Positions 22,746 through 34,354 of a DNA stretch of 55,782 bases are shown here, piece after piece. Within the stretch, counting starts at the first letter, position 1, and every line of letters starts with the position of its first letter. The stretch is from Trichomonas gallinae (taxonomy: Eukaryota), in NCBI GenBank assembly GCA_008369845.1, contig MRSU01001922.1, positions 62,001 through 117,782 on the forward strand. The letters run 5' to 3'. A program made the translations under genes and the position numbers. The notes under the pieces are model-generated. The model did no database searches. It saw only the letters and a program-made list of their open reading frames with translations, and had not been told where the DNA came from.

Positions 22746-23786
22746 ACAACTTTTTTTTTGTATTTTATAGATTAAAAATATTATTTTGTTTGTTTTCTAT
22801 ATATTGTAGAATAGATTTTGTTTATTTATTGTAATTTAATAGATTAATACTACAATTTTGTTTTGTTATATGTATATGTTAAATCTGATATTTAATACAT
22901 TTATTATATGTTTTTGACGAATCTTTGCTTTTTGGTATTAAGATAGAATGTAGTTAAGTAGCATATGCTGCCAGTTAACTTAAATTTAATACATCAAATT
23001 TGTTTTAAAAACGCATTGTATAATATCAATTATTTCATATTATACTATATATTGTATAAGTCATGTAGCTTCAGTATTATTCATGAATAACGTAAATCAT
23101 ATATTTTTATTTTAAATTGAACAAAAAACGAAAGAAATAGTAATGAACTGTTAATATTGTCTTTTGCAAGTAGGTAATGCAAACTAATGGCATGAATTAC
23201 GTGAAAGTAATTTTTATCATGGAAAATTATTGCTTTAAAATTGAAATATTTTCAAGCTGTGAACTTACCTTAGCTAAATATTATCAAATTAAGATGTTTT
23301 GGCTCTTAAAAATCAATTTTATAAAATAAATTTGAAAATTTGTTAAATAACAGTAATTTGATTATTAGAGACTGCAAATCGTAAAGGAAAACCGTTAATC
23401 GACTAATTCCATTATTCATAAAACCGAGCTGACCAAATATGAAATATGAATGAAATCAAAAACAATCATAAATCACGAATCGGGTCAAATTACCCCTCTT
23501 TCTACCCGATCTGACCCCATTACTTAACTCTTGATCGAGCTGAGTTGAACATTCATTCTTAGTTGGTCACGTGAATAATTGGTAATGAAAAATAACCGAT
23601 TTTATGTAAATTATTTAAAACTTTGTATATATAATTTTTACATATAGAACATTCATTTACCAAAGTTTTTGAGAGAAAAATTTTAATTTTCTAAAAACCT
23701 CAAAATTATATTAACGATAAAAGAATGAATGTAAAATGAATTTTATTCAGTGTTTTTTGTTGAGAGGATATTATTTTTTGAAAGGA

Positions 23787-23837
23787 AAAGTGACGGTTTT
23801 ATGGTTATCAATTTTGAGGAGAAATAATCATTTCACT
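23787..23837 (+). promoter_or_regulatory. Core promoter of SOD: M2/M3-like element and initiator
   Basis: AAAGTGACGGTTT at 23787-23799 (overlapping AAAGTGAC and DRCSGYTD-type motifs). Tandem Inr TCATTTCACT at 23828-23837, 10 nt before the ATG. Both match T. vaginalis core promoter motifs as recalled. Confidence 0.7.
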
Positions 23838-23847
23838 TTACGAAAAA

Positions 23848-24432
23848 ATGTTCGCTATGGAGCATCCTTCCTACCTTAAGTCTGGCCTTCCAGGCTTCTT
23901 GACACAGCACGCTGTCGAGATCCACGTCACAAAGCACCACCAGGCTTACATCGACACAGCTAACAAACTCATCGTCGGATCCGGCCTCGAGGGAAAGTCC
24001 ATTGAGGAAGTCATCCAAAAGGCAACAGGCCCACTCTTCAACAACGTTGCCCAGCACTTCAACCACTCCTTCTTCTGGAAGTGCCTTACACCAGAGAAGG
24101 TCCAGATGCCAGCTAAGGTTGCTGACGTTCTCGCCCACAACTTCGAGTCCGTTGACAAGTTCAAGGAGACATTCACATCAAAGGCCTCCACAGTCTTTGG
24201 CTCTGGCTGGTGCTACCTCTACAAGAACAAGGATGGCAAATGCGAGATCGGCCAGTACTCCAACGCTGCTAACCCAGTCAAGGACGGCCACGCACCACTC
24301 CTCACAGTCGACACATGGGAGCACGCCTGGTACATCGACTACGAGAACCGTAAGGCTGAATACTTCAAGAACTTCTGGGATCACGTTAACTGGAACTTCG
24401 TTGAGGAGAACATGCAGAAGGCTGGCCTCTAA
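23848..24432 (+). CDS. SOD: Iron superoxide dismutase
   Basis: HVTKHH, FNNVAQHFNHSFFW (Fe-type Gln), FGSGW and the DTWEHAWY signature. Highly biased codon usage. Confidence 0.97.
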   Translation: MFAMEHPSYLKSGLPGFLTQHAVEIHVTKHHQAYIDTANKLIVGSGLEGKSIEEVIQKATGPLFNNVAQHFNHSFFWKCLTPEKVQMPAKVADVLAHNFESVDKFKETFTSKASTVFGSGWCYLYKNKDGKCEIGQYSNAANPVKDGHAPLLTVDTWEHAWYIDYENRKAEYFKNFWDHVNWNFVEENMQKAGL

Positions 24433-25040
24433 ATAGCTCCAAATTGTCTTTAACTTTGTCAATTTAATTAAACTATTTTCATAGTTTTTTAACGTACCAA
24501 ATCAACTCCATTCTTTTTTAACAAATGAGATGGCCCTTTTAATGTATTATTGCTAAAGAAAATCAAAATGAAATCCTTATTAAATCGAATAATTTCAATT
24601 TCGGTCGAAATATAGATAATCTCCTTGGCCAGGATCTGGGTTCGAATAATATGAAGGATTTGAAATATTTCGTATTTAAGGTTATAAGGGGGTAAATACT
24701 CCTGCTAAACTAGTAATTCTTCTTAACATAAAAATATGCAATGTATACCATGATAACATTTTGAATTACTCAATATCTCGTTATAAATCAAAGTTTTTTT
24801 AATTTCAAATCTGTATTTTGAGGGACTTAGAGAACAGACGATATTTCAACTGTTGAATAGCTTTCACCTATCTCATGATACGAAAAATTCTAGAAAATCT
24901 CTGTTGTTTCGATTTTCGATGAATCATGTTTTCATCTGTACTCCACGTTTTACAGATTCAAAAGCTTACTGAGTTGTGTCTTCACAAAAGATATTGTCTT
25001 TGAAGCTGTAGCAGACACAACCAATCGCTTCTGATGTTCT

Positions 25041-25085
25041 TAAAATTGGCTAAATTAATTGTAAAATTGGCTAAATTAATTTAGC
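25041..25085. repeat. 20-bp direct duplication overlapping a 16-bp palindrome
   Basis: TAAAATTGGCTAAATTAATT at 25041-25060 and 25062-25081. Palindrome GCTAAATTAATTTAGC at 25070-25085. Confidence 0.85.
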
Positions 25086-25398
25086 TCATAATTGTTAATG
25101 CATAACATTGGTAAAAGAATCAATGTACATTAATCAACATGAAATCGTGATTCACTCACCATAAGAATATCCGCATCAATAGTTATATACCTATTTATAT
25201 CTTCAAGTTGTTCCGATCGGATCTTCTAATGTATTTAATGAATATTTGACATTTTACTTGTTTGTAAAATCATTTTTCTCGAGAATTTATCGGTCAACAT
25301 CCGATTTTTCTTTGATAATTTGGATATATTTGATGTTCTAAACAAGAATACTTAAACATATTATTCCCCATCAAGCCAATAAAAAGTGACAGATTTTA

Positions 25399-25803
25399 AT
25401 GCTCAAAGATATTGCAACAGTAGGAATTGTTGTCCCACGCCTTGATGTTGCGCGCTCCTACTTCGAACAGATCTATGGCGCTATGACAACAGAGCCTGTT
25501 GAGTCGAAACCAGGCGTAAAATCGTCAATTGCTTCTTTCAGGAATACAAAGATTGAGATTATGGAGCCAATTGATAAGAATGGGCCAACATCTCAGGCAG
25601 AGCTCCTTCGCTATCATCCCCTTGGAGCTATTCATCACATTGGCTTCTCAACCGATTCTATTGATAAGACATTAGAATCATTTTACGTTGTTGGAGTTAA
25701 TCCTCTCGGAAAGGCAAGCCAGCACCCAGCTTTAGGAAAGAAGTCTGTCCAGCTTGATCCTTATTACACACAAGAAATCCGTACCGAGCTCGTTGAAGAG
25801 TAA
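25399..25803 (+). CDS. VOC/glyoxalase-fold protein, methylmalonyl-CoA epimerase-like
   Basis: VGIVVPRLD, NTKIEIMEP, GAIHHIGF, GKK...LDP...TELVE follow the MCE pattern. An AAAGTGAC motif lies at 25383-25390, just before the ATG. Confidence 0.82.
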   Translation: MLKDIATVGIVVPRLDVARSYFEQIYGAMTTEPVESKPGVKSSIASFRNTKIEIMEPIDKNGPTSQAELLRYHPLGAIHHIGFSTDSIDKTLESFYVVGVNPLGKASQHPALGKKSVQLDPYYTQEIRTELVEE

Positions 25804-26776
25804 GGATATCATGTAAAATGTCTGTCCAACGTACAAGCATATTTCGTTTTCATTTCTTTTATTATATTTTTTATGTTTATTATTTGCATTCTTTCTTTTG
25901 AACAAGCTTGTTGATCGCACTAAATTCGTTGGAGCTTCATTGATTTCTTTTCATATCAAAAAAAAAAAAAAAAAATAAATAAATTGAATAGGTAATGAAA
26001 CTTTGATGCTGCTAATAAATTTGACTCAAACTAATATGTAAAAACATATATATCCTAGAGTGTCTATATATTTGATATCTAATCACGAGCACTGGAGAAT
26101 TGATAAAATATCAATTTAAACAATAGTATCAACTATTTGGCACATATAATTGAGAATTTTGCATTGATTGTTATATTTAATTGAGTTATTCATGAAATTC
26201 CATAATATTATGGAATGAACTACTTTATAAGCAACTAAATTATATAATACAAGGATAAGAATTATATTGAATAACCAGTCTTCCGTTTTCATTGTGAAAT
26301 GTTTTTGATATATTCTTATTATAACATATTTTCGCAAAATGTTCAGACGGTTGGAAAAATAAAGTCATTAGAAAGCCGTAAGACGAACGTAATTGATTCA
26401 AATTTTAATCTCACCAAAATTTCTAAAAAGATCATGACACTTTTCGCTCAAAAAAATAATAATGGTTTCAGGATGTATTTACATTTTATGCAGTTTGAGT
26501 TTCGAAAAAGTGTCAAATATTTTACAAAAATTTCGAAATTTTGTAAAAAGCATGGAATAATTATATACAGCATATGAAATATCAACAGAAATTTGAGAGG
26601 GCAGAAAACTATGAGATAAATAAAAAATGCCTCAAATCATTTTAAAAGCATTATTAGACAGATTTTATAAAAATTGAGAAACCATCATTGTATGGATTAT
26701 ATATTTATTTGAGAGAGATAAAATTTGACAACGGAATTTTGATAGAAAAAAGTGGTTTTTTATAAATTAAATTTTC

Positions 26777-28276
26777 ATGCTTTGGTCGCTGCTTTGCCTG
26801 ACTTCCAGCAAGTGGGTGTTAAACCAGACAATATTGCCCAGTGTTGACAATTTCGGAATCTTCGGCAGATCTGTTGGCGTAAACGAAGATAGAGTAATTG
26901 TTGGAGCATCATGGGAAACAGTTGGCTCTGACGATCGTATTGGATGCATTTATGTATTTGAGTGGGATGCGAATCTCAACAAATACGTAGAAGCCCAGAA
27001 ATTAACACCATACAGTCCATCAGACAAAAGTGTTATTTTAAATAACACAGGATCAACAGTTAAGATTTCTAAAGACGGAAAGAGAATTGTGGCTGGTGCC
27101 CCATACTCCACTGTTAAGGGACACCCAGAAGTCGGTGCGGTTGTTGTTTTCGATTACGATGAAGATAAAAGGCGCTATGTTCAGACAAAAATCATCATTC
27201 CAGTCGAAAATCCAACAGAAGCAGATGATTACCAAGGCTTTGGACGTTCGCTTACTATTACATCAGACGGTAAAACCATCGCATCTGGCTATTACAACAA
27301 GCCAAAGGTAGTTAAATACGTAGATGACCGTGGTGCAGTCTTTGTCGCTACAGAAACAACATCTGGATGGACGACGCCTCCATATCGTATTGATCCACCA
27401 GTAACAGACGGAAAGCGCTTCAAGTTTGGCAGTGATCTTCAATTTGTCGATAACTCTCATTTAATCATCGCAGTTGAACTCTTTGATACATATTTCGGTC
27501 TTGGCTCATGCTATTACACGCGCGAAAGCGGCAACACGTGGACATTGAAGCAGAAAATCCTTCCTGATGGTATCGAAGATGGACACTACCAGTCAAATAC
27601 AATCGAATCATACGGCAATAAGATCGGAATGCCAGATCAGAACACATTCACCGCTTTGGTTACATATACAAAGGATTTAGATCCAAATGGAGCTTTCTTC
27701 ATCATTTCATACAGCAATGGCAAGTGGAACACACACGATTACCAAGCTCTTCCTTTCCCGCCGGGAGTCAAGCTCTCTGGCATCTTATTCTGCGGAGAAT
27801 CTACATTCATGACACATGCTTCGAACATTACAGATGCTAGAGATCCATCAAAGGATCCAACAGACGCAGTTTTAATCTTCCGTCGTAATGCTCAAGGCAA
27901 GTTTGAGCTTTCTGCCACGGAAACATTATATCCAGAGCCTAACCCACCAGATCATCTCAACTTTGCCTCAGATTTTGCTTGGGGACATGATTGCAATTCT
28001 ATTATTATCGGCGGCATGACTAAATATCCACACGACGACAAGCACCCAGAGTGGAATGATCGTCCATTGAACTATAGCCGTGCATATGTTTACAGAAATA
28101 TTGAGGATCCAGATGAAAAGCCAGCTAACAAGGCAGCAATTATCATTGTTTCTCTTTTAGCTTGCTGCATCATTGTTGGTATAATTGGTGTTGTAGTTTA
28201 TTGCGCAAGAAAGCATAAGGGAATGATCAAGATCGAATCCCGTTATGGCTCAAAGATTAACGACTTAGAGACATAA
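26777..28276 (+). CDS. Type I membrane protein with FG-GAP (integrin-alpha-like) beta-propeller repeats
   Basis: Short hydrophobic N-terminus. Repeats FGRSVGV..VIVGA..GCIYVF, GSTVKIS..RIVAGAP..GAVVVF, FGRSLTI..GAVFV. C-terminal TM helix (AAIIIVSLLACCIIVGIIGVVVY) followed by RKHK. Confidence 0.8.
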   Translation: MLWSLLCLTSSKWVLNQTILPSVDNFGIFGRSVGVNEDRVIVGASWETVGSDDRIGCIYVFEWDANLNKYVEAQKLTPYSPSDKSVILNNTGSTVKISKDGKRIVAGAPYSTVKGHPEVGAVVVFDYDEDKRRYVQTKIIIPVENPTEADDYQGFGRSLTITSDGKTIASGYYNKPKVVKYVDDRGAVFVATETTSGWTTPPYRIDPPVTDGKRFKFGSDLQFVDNSHLIIAVELFDTYFGLGSCYYTRESGNTWTLKQKILPDGIEDGHYQSNTIESYGNKIGMPDQNTFTALVTYTKDLDPNGAFFIISYSNGKWNTHDYQALPFPPGVKLSGILFCGESTFMTHASNITDARDPSKDPTDAVLIFRRNAQGKFELSATETLYPEPNPPDHLNFASDFAWGHDCNSIIIGGMTKYPHDDKHPEWNDRPLNYSRAYVYRNIEDPDEKPANKAAIIIVSLLACCIIVGIIGVVVYCARKHKGMIKIESRYGSKINDLET

Positions 28277-28620
28277 TTTTATATAAAATTAGATTTTCAT
28301 TCATTAATTCCAAAACTATTTTTGATAAATTAATTATCATTAAATTTTTAGTTTGTATTCATTTCTAAAGGCTATTGATCAGCTTATTTTCTTAGGTAAA
28401 GTTGTCAATGAAAAAAGATTTTAATTTTTGAAAATTATCTCATTAAATAAATTAAATATGACAAATTTATAAAATATTCATCGAGTATATATTATATTAT
28501 GAACGAAAATGAATGATTTTAAAATCAAAATTGAAAAATTTTATTTTTTATTAAAATCGAATTTTATTGAGTGGATCATGTTCTGGACTTAATAACTTCG
28601 TAGAATCGAAAAGATTTTAG

Positions 28621-29373
28621 ATGTTAAATAGCACTTCCAAGGATAAGAAGCCTCTTGTTTTAGCATTTGGCTGGCTGGGAGCCCAAAACTATCACATGAA
28701 CTCATTTCGTAAGATATATAATGGAGTGGGTCTAGAATACAAGTCAATGGTACAATCTTATTCATCAATTTTAAATATTCGCAGTGACAAAAAGAAATTC
28801 GAAGAAATGTACGAAGCTGCCAAAGACAGAGATCTTTTGTGCCATATTTTCTCATTAAATGGCGCTTCTTCTTTCGTTGATTCTTTGATGGAGCCAGATT
28901 GCATACATTTCCGTCCAGGAATCAATGTAAAAGGCATAGTTTGGGATTCCTCACCAGGAACATCACCTAAATATATTTACCATAAAGCTTTTGCAAAATC
29001 AATTTTTCCAAGATCGCCTGCATGCGCCAGCATTTTATCAGCAGCATTAGCACCACCATTTAAGTTATTTTTAGCCTTTTCAAAGAGTCATAACGAAGCC
29101 GCAAAACATAAAATTAATACAATCTACTCAAATCCATTTACATGTCCGCAACTGAGTTTATCATCAATACGTGATTACATCATCAGACACGAAGATATTG
29201 TAAAATACGTTGAAAATGCTAAAAAAGCTGGTGCAGATATTGAAGCTAAGTATTGGACTGATTCTGATCATGTTATGCTTTATCATGACCACAAAGCTCA
29301 ATATATTCAAATTTGTCAAGATTTTGCGAAAAAGATTTTTTCAAAGATAACCCAACAAAATCACGCTAATTAA
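28621..29373 (+). CDS. DUF829/TMEM53-family alpha/beta-hydrolase-fold protein
   Basis: Motifs LVLAFGWLGA, HIFSLNG, WDSSPG, S..DYII and SDHV. Confidence 0.85.
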   Translation: MLNSTSKDKKPLVLAFGWLGAQNYHMNSFRKIYNGVGLEYKSMVQSYSSILNIRSDKKKFEEMYEAAKDRDLLCHIFSLNGASSFVDSLMEPDCIHFRPGINVKGIVWDSSPGTSPKYIYHKAFAKSIFPRSPACASILSAALAPPFKLFLAFSKSHNEAAKHKINTIYSNPFTCPQLSLSSIRDYIIRHEDIVKYVENAKKAGADIEAKYWTDSDHVMLYHDHKAQYIQICQDFAKKIFSKITQQNHAN

Positions 29374-30663
29374 AGTCATATCTCATCACTATATGGTGCA
29401 TCTATTTATAGATGAATAGCAAATTAATCATTATTATTTTTTGTTAATTTTAATTTCATAAATATAATCTTTCAACACTTTGCATCTAATATTTTATAAA
29501 TGTCTATATGATATTGGTCAGTTTGAATACAATAGATTGAATTATTTATCAAATTGAATCTAAATTTCATGTATTGTGAATGCTTAGCATGTCAAAATAT
29601 ATAGGAATTTATTGCAAAATACAAATGGTTTTATAATGAAAATCAAATCATGGGCAAATATAATTATTTTTTCGAATTAACAACAAGCAATAACATCATT
29701 CTTTATTCATCATTTTTGATTCAAACAAAAAACAGTCACACGCACTATCAATCAACAGTTGAAATCATTTGCATTTCAAAAGTTTTATGTTTTGACAAAA
29801 ACCGATTCGTCTTGACATTTAAATTATACAAATTTCTATTTAAAATGACAAACCGTCATGTAAAACTTCGTGTCAAAATTTTTTAAATGGTTATAAATAA
29901 ATAGTATTTTACTGAAGAGACACATAATGAAATCAATGAAAATGACATTGCTGAGCATACTCGGTCTCTGATGATATATCTATACAAGATTGAACAAATT
30001 TCCTATATCGATATCTCAATATCTCGATGAAATCTTTCAAAAACAAAAGGATATGAACAGGAAGCTGAATAAATTATCAGGTACTCCAAAAACGAAAATT
30101 CTAACAACAAATAAATTTAATCGTAAATCCATCAAAAATAAGACTTTCGACACACATTTCTTTCGTATCTATCGTCTAATTTAACTGTTTTTATGATCGG
30201 AATCACCATGACATCTACAAGAAAAAAATAATTGAAATTATTCGAACATGATAAATAACTTGATGCCATTTCAAAAACGTTCAAATTTTTTACGGAAAAG
30301 AATTTGATATATGGATTTTTATGCAACGGAAGCAAATTTTTCATCATCAAAATTATCTTCCAAGACAAACTTTAGTTTCCATTCAAACAGTACAATTACA
30401 ATTGAAAAATAAGTTTTTACAATAACTCTAAAGTTCTCAAGACGGTTTTCATTTGTTCGATATTTATTTTTTATTCGAAAACGCGAATATGATCACTAAA
30501 GCTTGAACAGCATCATAATATAAGCTTTTCAGGGATTAGTTGTGTTCTCGGGAAAATTTTTTGACTCGCGAAAATTAAAATATAGGATATATATTTTATA
30601 TAGATATGATTAAAGATGTCATGAAGAACATTTATTCATCGAAATAACTTGATCATTATTATA

Positions 30664-31863
30664 ATGTTATCTCTCCATTTTAACAAAACCTCAGGAATTT
30701 TCCTGATGCTTTGTGTTTACTCAATCTTCTTGTGCATGAACATATCAGAACAAACACCTTTTTATGAGCTTACCCCAAAAGAATATTTAAATATAATTGG
30801 ATATCATACAATGATAGTCGCTAACAGAATATTTATGCCATCAAACGAAATAAAAATCAGTGAAACTCATCCTATTACGCGAAAAGATCTAGAAATTCCA
30901 CAATATACTGAATCTGTATTTATTAAACACAATGACAACCCAGGATATATGCCAAGGAAATACGAATTTTCAGGAACGTGTTATTTTGTGCTGCATGATG
31001 TTGTTTGCACTACAGAGATTGTCATTATTAAAGAAAACGGCTACCATTTGTTTAAAAGAGCCTGTCATCCACGCTACTGGGGTATTGGACTCCCATATCA
31101 TACACCAGTAGTCAATTGTCCAATATTTGAAAAAGTTATTTGCATTGGACATCAACACAGCAGCGATTGGGGCCATTGGAGCATTGAAGTTTTGCCTGGC
31201 CTCATAGCTCTACCCGAATCGGTTTTAGAAGATGCGATAATCGCGCTTCCTAGAAAAGATCCTGCAGTTGTTTATACTCTTAGCGATTTCGGCATTGATC
31301 ACTGTAAGGTATATGCAGAGGATAACGGTAGATTCAAGGCAAATACACTCATTACTATTAATTCCATTTGGTGCGGAGATCTCAACAGATTATTAATATT
31401 AAACATGAGACAAGTAATAAAGAAAAGATTTAAGCTTGACGAGATCAAGCCTTACAGATACATCATAGCCAACAGGCAAATGAAGACCAGATGCATAAAG
31501 AATTTTGATGAATTATTCCGAGCAGTTTCTTCAGCGTTTCCAAAGTATACGTTTGAAAAATTCATCTTATATACAACCTTTGAAGAGCAGGTAAAGTATT
31601 TTAACACTTTCAAGCTTTTCTTCGGAGTCCACGGATCGCACATGGCGAATATCTTATATACGCAGCCAGGCACAGCCTTCGTTGAGCTCCAGATGGAGAG
31701 GTGGCTGCTTTCATTCATCACGATGGCAACGATGACTGGAAAAATTCATGTTACTGGAAGAGATAATTCATTCTCGTTCACAGAACCAGTTCCACAAATG
31801 ATAAATATAGATTACTCACTGAAACTCATCGGAAAGGGCATAGAATTGCTCGAGAAACACTAA
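30664..31863 (+). CDS. Glycosyltransferase family 61 (DUF563) protein
   Basis: N-terminal hydrophobic anchor; WGHWSIEVLP; TFEEQVKYF...FGVHGSHMANILY...G...VEL. First ATG at 30664, alternative at 30706. Confidence 0.85.
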   Translation: MLSLHFNKTSGIFLMLCVYSIFLCMNISEQTPFYELTPKEYLNIIGYHTMIVANRIFMPSNEIKISETHPITRKDLEIPQYTESVFIKHNDNPGYMPRKYEFSGTCYFVLHDVVCTTEIVIIKENGYHLFKRACHPRYWGIGLPYHTPVVNCPIFEKVICIGHQHSSDWGHWSIEVLPGLIALPESVLEDAIIALPRKDPAVVYTLSDFGIDHCKVYAEDNGRFKANTLITINSIWCGDLNRLLILNMRQVIKKRFKLDEIKPYRYIIANRQMKTRCIKNFDELFRAVSSAFPKYTFEKFILYTTFEEQVKYFNTFKLFFGVHGSHMANILYTQPGTAFVELQMERWLLSFITMATMTGKIHVTGRDNSFSFTEPVPQMINIDYSLKLIGKGIELLEKH

Positions 31864-31875
31864 TTTTGTTGTTTA

Positions 31876-32438
31876 TTAAAAATATTTTTTTTCATATGTT
31901 GTTCTGAATGTATTGCGTTTTGAGTTCATTGTTATCAATTGCACATCCAATGTTGTAAGAACGGATTCTGATACATTTGAAACTTTATCGATGCTGTCGT
32001 TGTAATTTTGAAGTATTTCGTGTGTTCTATCATCATATATGGCGCATTTGAATTCATAATTTTTGTTTTTTAAAAAATCGCATCCTTAAGTACAATGAGT
32101 CGTGTAAAATTCGATTTCTCAATTGCCTTTATTAGTTCTGGTGTATTCACCCTAGAACTGTGCAAGAATTCCCGTCTTCAAAAACATGACATTAGCTGAT
32201 GATATATTATTGTGATTATTGAATATAGTGCGAGGATTGTAGTGTATGTGCCCCAATCAAATATACAAGGAGTTGGATATCCTATTGTTGGCATGTATAA
32301 TTGCTTTAGGGAAGGACCCGATCTTTGAATGGTCTTCTTATTAATAGAATTAGCAGCCTGTTTGAATGGTGGAACTTGGTTAATAGCAAGTCGTTCATCA
32401 TCATAAGGTTCCATAAAAAGATATTTTGGCAATTGCAT
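31876..32438 (-). pseudogene. Probable disrupted gene of unknown function
   Basis: ATG at 32438 and 86 codons, then TGA at 32178-32180, then 35 more in-frame codons. A frameshift at the T6/A6 run (32066-32077) leads into a frame open from 32085 to TAA at 31876. Confidence 0.4.
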
Positions 32439-32746
32439 CCCTACAACTAACTGTTTTAAATGTTAATTTGTAAATGTAATATTTATATTAAAGTTATATA
32501 TCATATATTCATTATTATATTGTTTCATTTTGAAGAAAAAAAGAATGAAAACATCGTATTAGAGCTATATATTTATACAGTAGTATATACACAGCATAAT
32601 GATTCTATAATTAAGATAGATTCAAAATGTATTTGAAAAGAGAAAATGAGAAGTATATATATGACATGTAAAGTCAAAAGACAGATTTTGTCAGAATTAT
32701 TTGTCAGAAAATTTGAGGGCAGAATAATCCACACTCAGGGATAGAT

Positions 32747-33997
32747 ATGAGTGGGAAGAAGCGTGTTTACTATTTATACGACGACGAGGTCGGCGACTAC
32801 TTGTACTCCCCCACGCATCCAATGAAGCCGCACAGGATAAGAATGGCTCACAACCTGATTTTGGCCTATAAACTTTTCCCGCAGATGCACGTAATTAAAC
32901 CACGTAGAGCAACAGCAACAGACATGACGCGCTTTCACACAGACGAGTATATCCAATTCCTTCAAATGGTTTCACCACAAAATACGAAAACAATATCAGG
33001 AGTCATGGAAAAATTCAACGTAGGAGAAGATTCCCCTGTTTTCGCAGGACTCTTTGAGTTCTGCTCTATCTCAGCAGGTGGTTCTATCCACGGAGCTGAA
33101 ATTCTGAACGAAAAGAAAGCTGATATTGCAATAAATTGGGCAGGAGGCCTCCACCACGCCAAAAAATCCGAGGCAAGTGGTTTCTGCTATGTGGCGGACT
33201 GTGTGCTCGGCCTTCTCAAGCTTTTAGAGCGTTATCAGAGAGTTATGTATATTGATATCGATATTCACCACGGTGATGGCGTCGAAGAAGCCTTCTACAC
33301 AACAGATCGCTGCCTGACTGTTTCCTTCCACAAATACGGAGAGTATTTCCCAGGAACTGGTGCAGTCACTGATATTGGCATCGGACGCGGAAAACATTAC
33401 GCTATTAACGTTCCACTACGCGATGGTATAACAGATCAGGCCTTTGACGCTCTTTTCAAGGACGTAATTGGTCGGGCGATTGAATGGTATCGTCCTGAAG
33501 CCATTTTGCTTCAATGCGGTGCAGACAGCCTCAGAGGTGACAGACTTGGCTCTTTTAACCTTACAATTCGCGGTCACGGCGAATGTGTCAGATATGTTAA
33601 ATCTTTTGGCATTCCACTGCTGGTTACTGGCGGTGGTGGTTACACTGTCCGCAATGTTGCTAGGTGCTGGGCTTATGAAACTGCTGTCCTCCTTGATCAA
33701 GAAATTGAAGATGATTTGCCTTACAACGACTATTTAGGATACTATGGACCTGATTACAAGCTTCATCTGCAGCCTTCCAATATGGATAACATGAATACAC
33801 AGGAATATCTGCAAGATATTACACAGCAGATATTCGATAGCATAAAAGAAGCTCCTCCAACTCCATGTGTTGGCCTTGCAGGTGATGATCCATGTGCCCT
33901 TCTTCAGGACTCTGATACAACCGACTCAGACTACGATGTCGATTACACAGATGACGATGAAGACGAAGAAGAAGCAGAAGCCTCCCAGTCAAACTAA
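32747..33997 (+). CDS. Class I histone deacetylase (RPD3/HDAC1-like)
   Basis: [54 protein letters not shown], and an acidic tail. Confidence 0.97.
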   Translation: MSGKKRVYYLYDDEVGDYLYSPTHPMKPHRIRMAHNLILAYKLFPQMHVIKPRRATATDMTRFHTDEYIQFLQMVSPQNTKTISGVMEKFNVGEDSPVFAGLFEFCSISAGGSIHGAEILNEKKADIAINWAGGLHHAKKSEASGFCYVADCVLGLLKLLERYQRVMYIDIDIHHGDGVEEAFYTTDRCLTVSFHKYGEYFPGTGAVTDIGIGRGKHYAINVPLRDGITDQAFDALFKDVIGRAIEWYRPEAILLQCGADSLRGDRLGSFNLTIRGHGECVRYVKSFGIPLLVTGGGGYTVRNVARCWAYETAVLLDQEIEDDLPYNDYLGYYGPDYKLHLQPSNMDNMNTQEYLQDITQQIFDSIKEAPPTPCVGLAGDDPCALLQDSDTTDSDYDVDYTDDDEDEEEAEASQSN

Positions 33998-34354
33998 AAT
34001 ATTGTTAATTTGTTCCAGATTTATATAAACATCAATAGATCTTTTGTTTTCAATTTGAATCATTTTTAAAAGCTAAAATCTTCCAAAAAAATATTGATGC
34101 AATTCCCGCAAAGTTTTTCTAAATTCTTTGGAACAATGACAAACGAACGACAACTTAGTATATTGATGGAAGGATATTCTTGACTTTAAAATATTAGTGT
34201 TGATCGATTAAATCTATGAAACTCTATATTTACTAAACAATTATTACAAACAAATACCAATAATTATGGATAAGAGCAATTTTTTTCTTCTTCGTTGGTG
34301 AATTATTTGATCTTCATTATTGTCACTGCTTAACTCATTACCACTCAGTTGTTT

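Noticed and set aside
24880..25020. Minus-strand peptide VSATASKTISFVKTQLSKLLNL, faintly ubiquitin-like
   Set aside because: Too short and interrupted by stops to support a call.
29650..30368. Short AT-rich ORFs here and at 4144, 5364, 8476, 26116, 26299, 47937, 48190, 50580 and 53132
   Set aside because: F/I/K/N-rich translations typical of intergenic DNA, with no recognisable domains.
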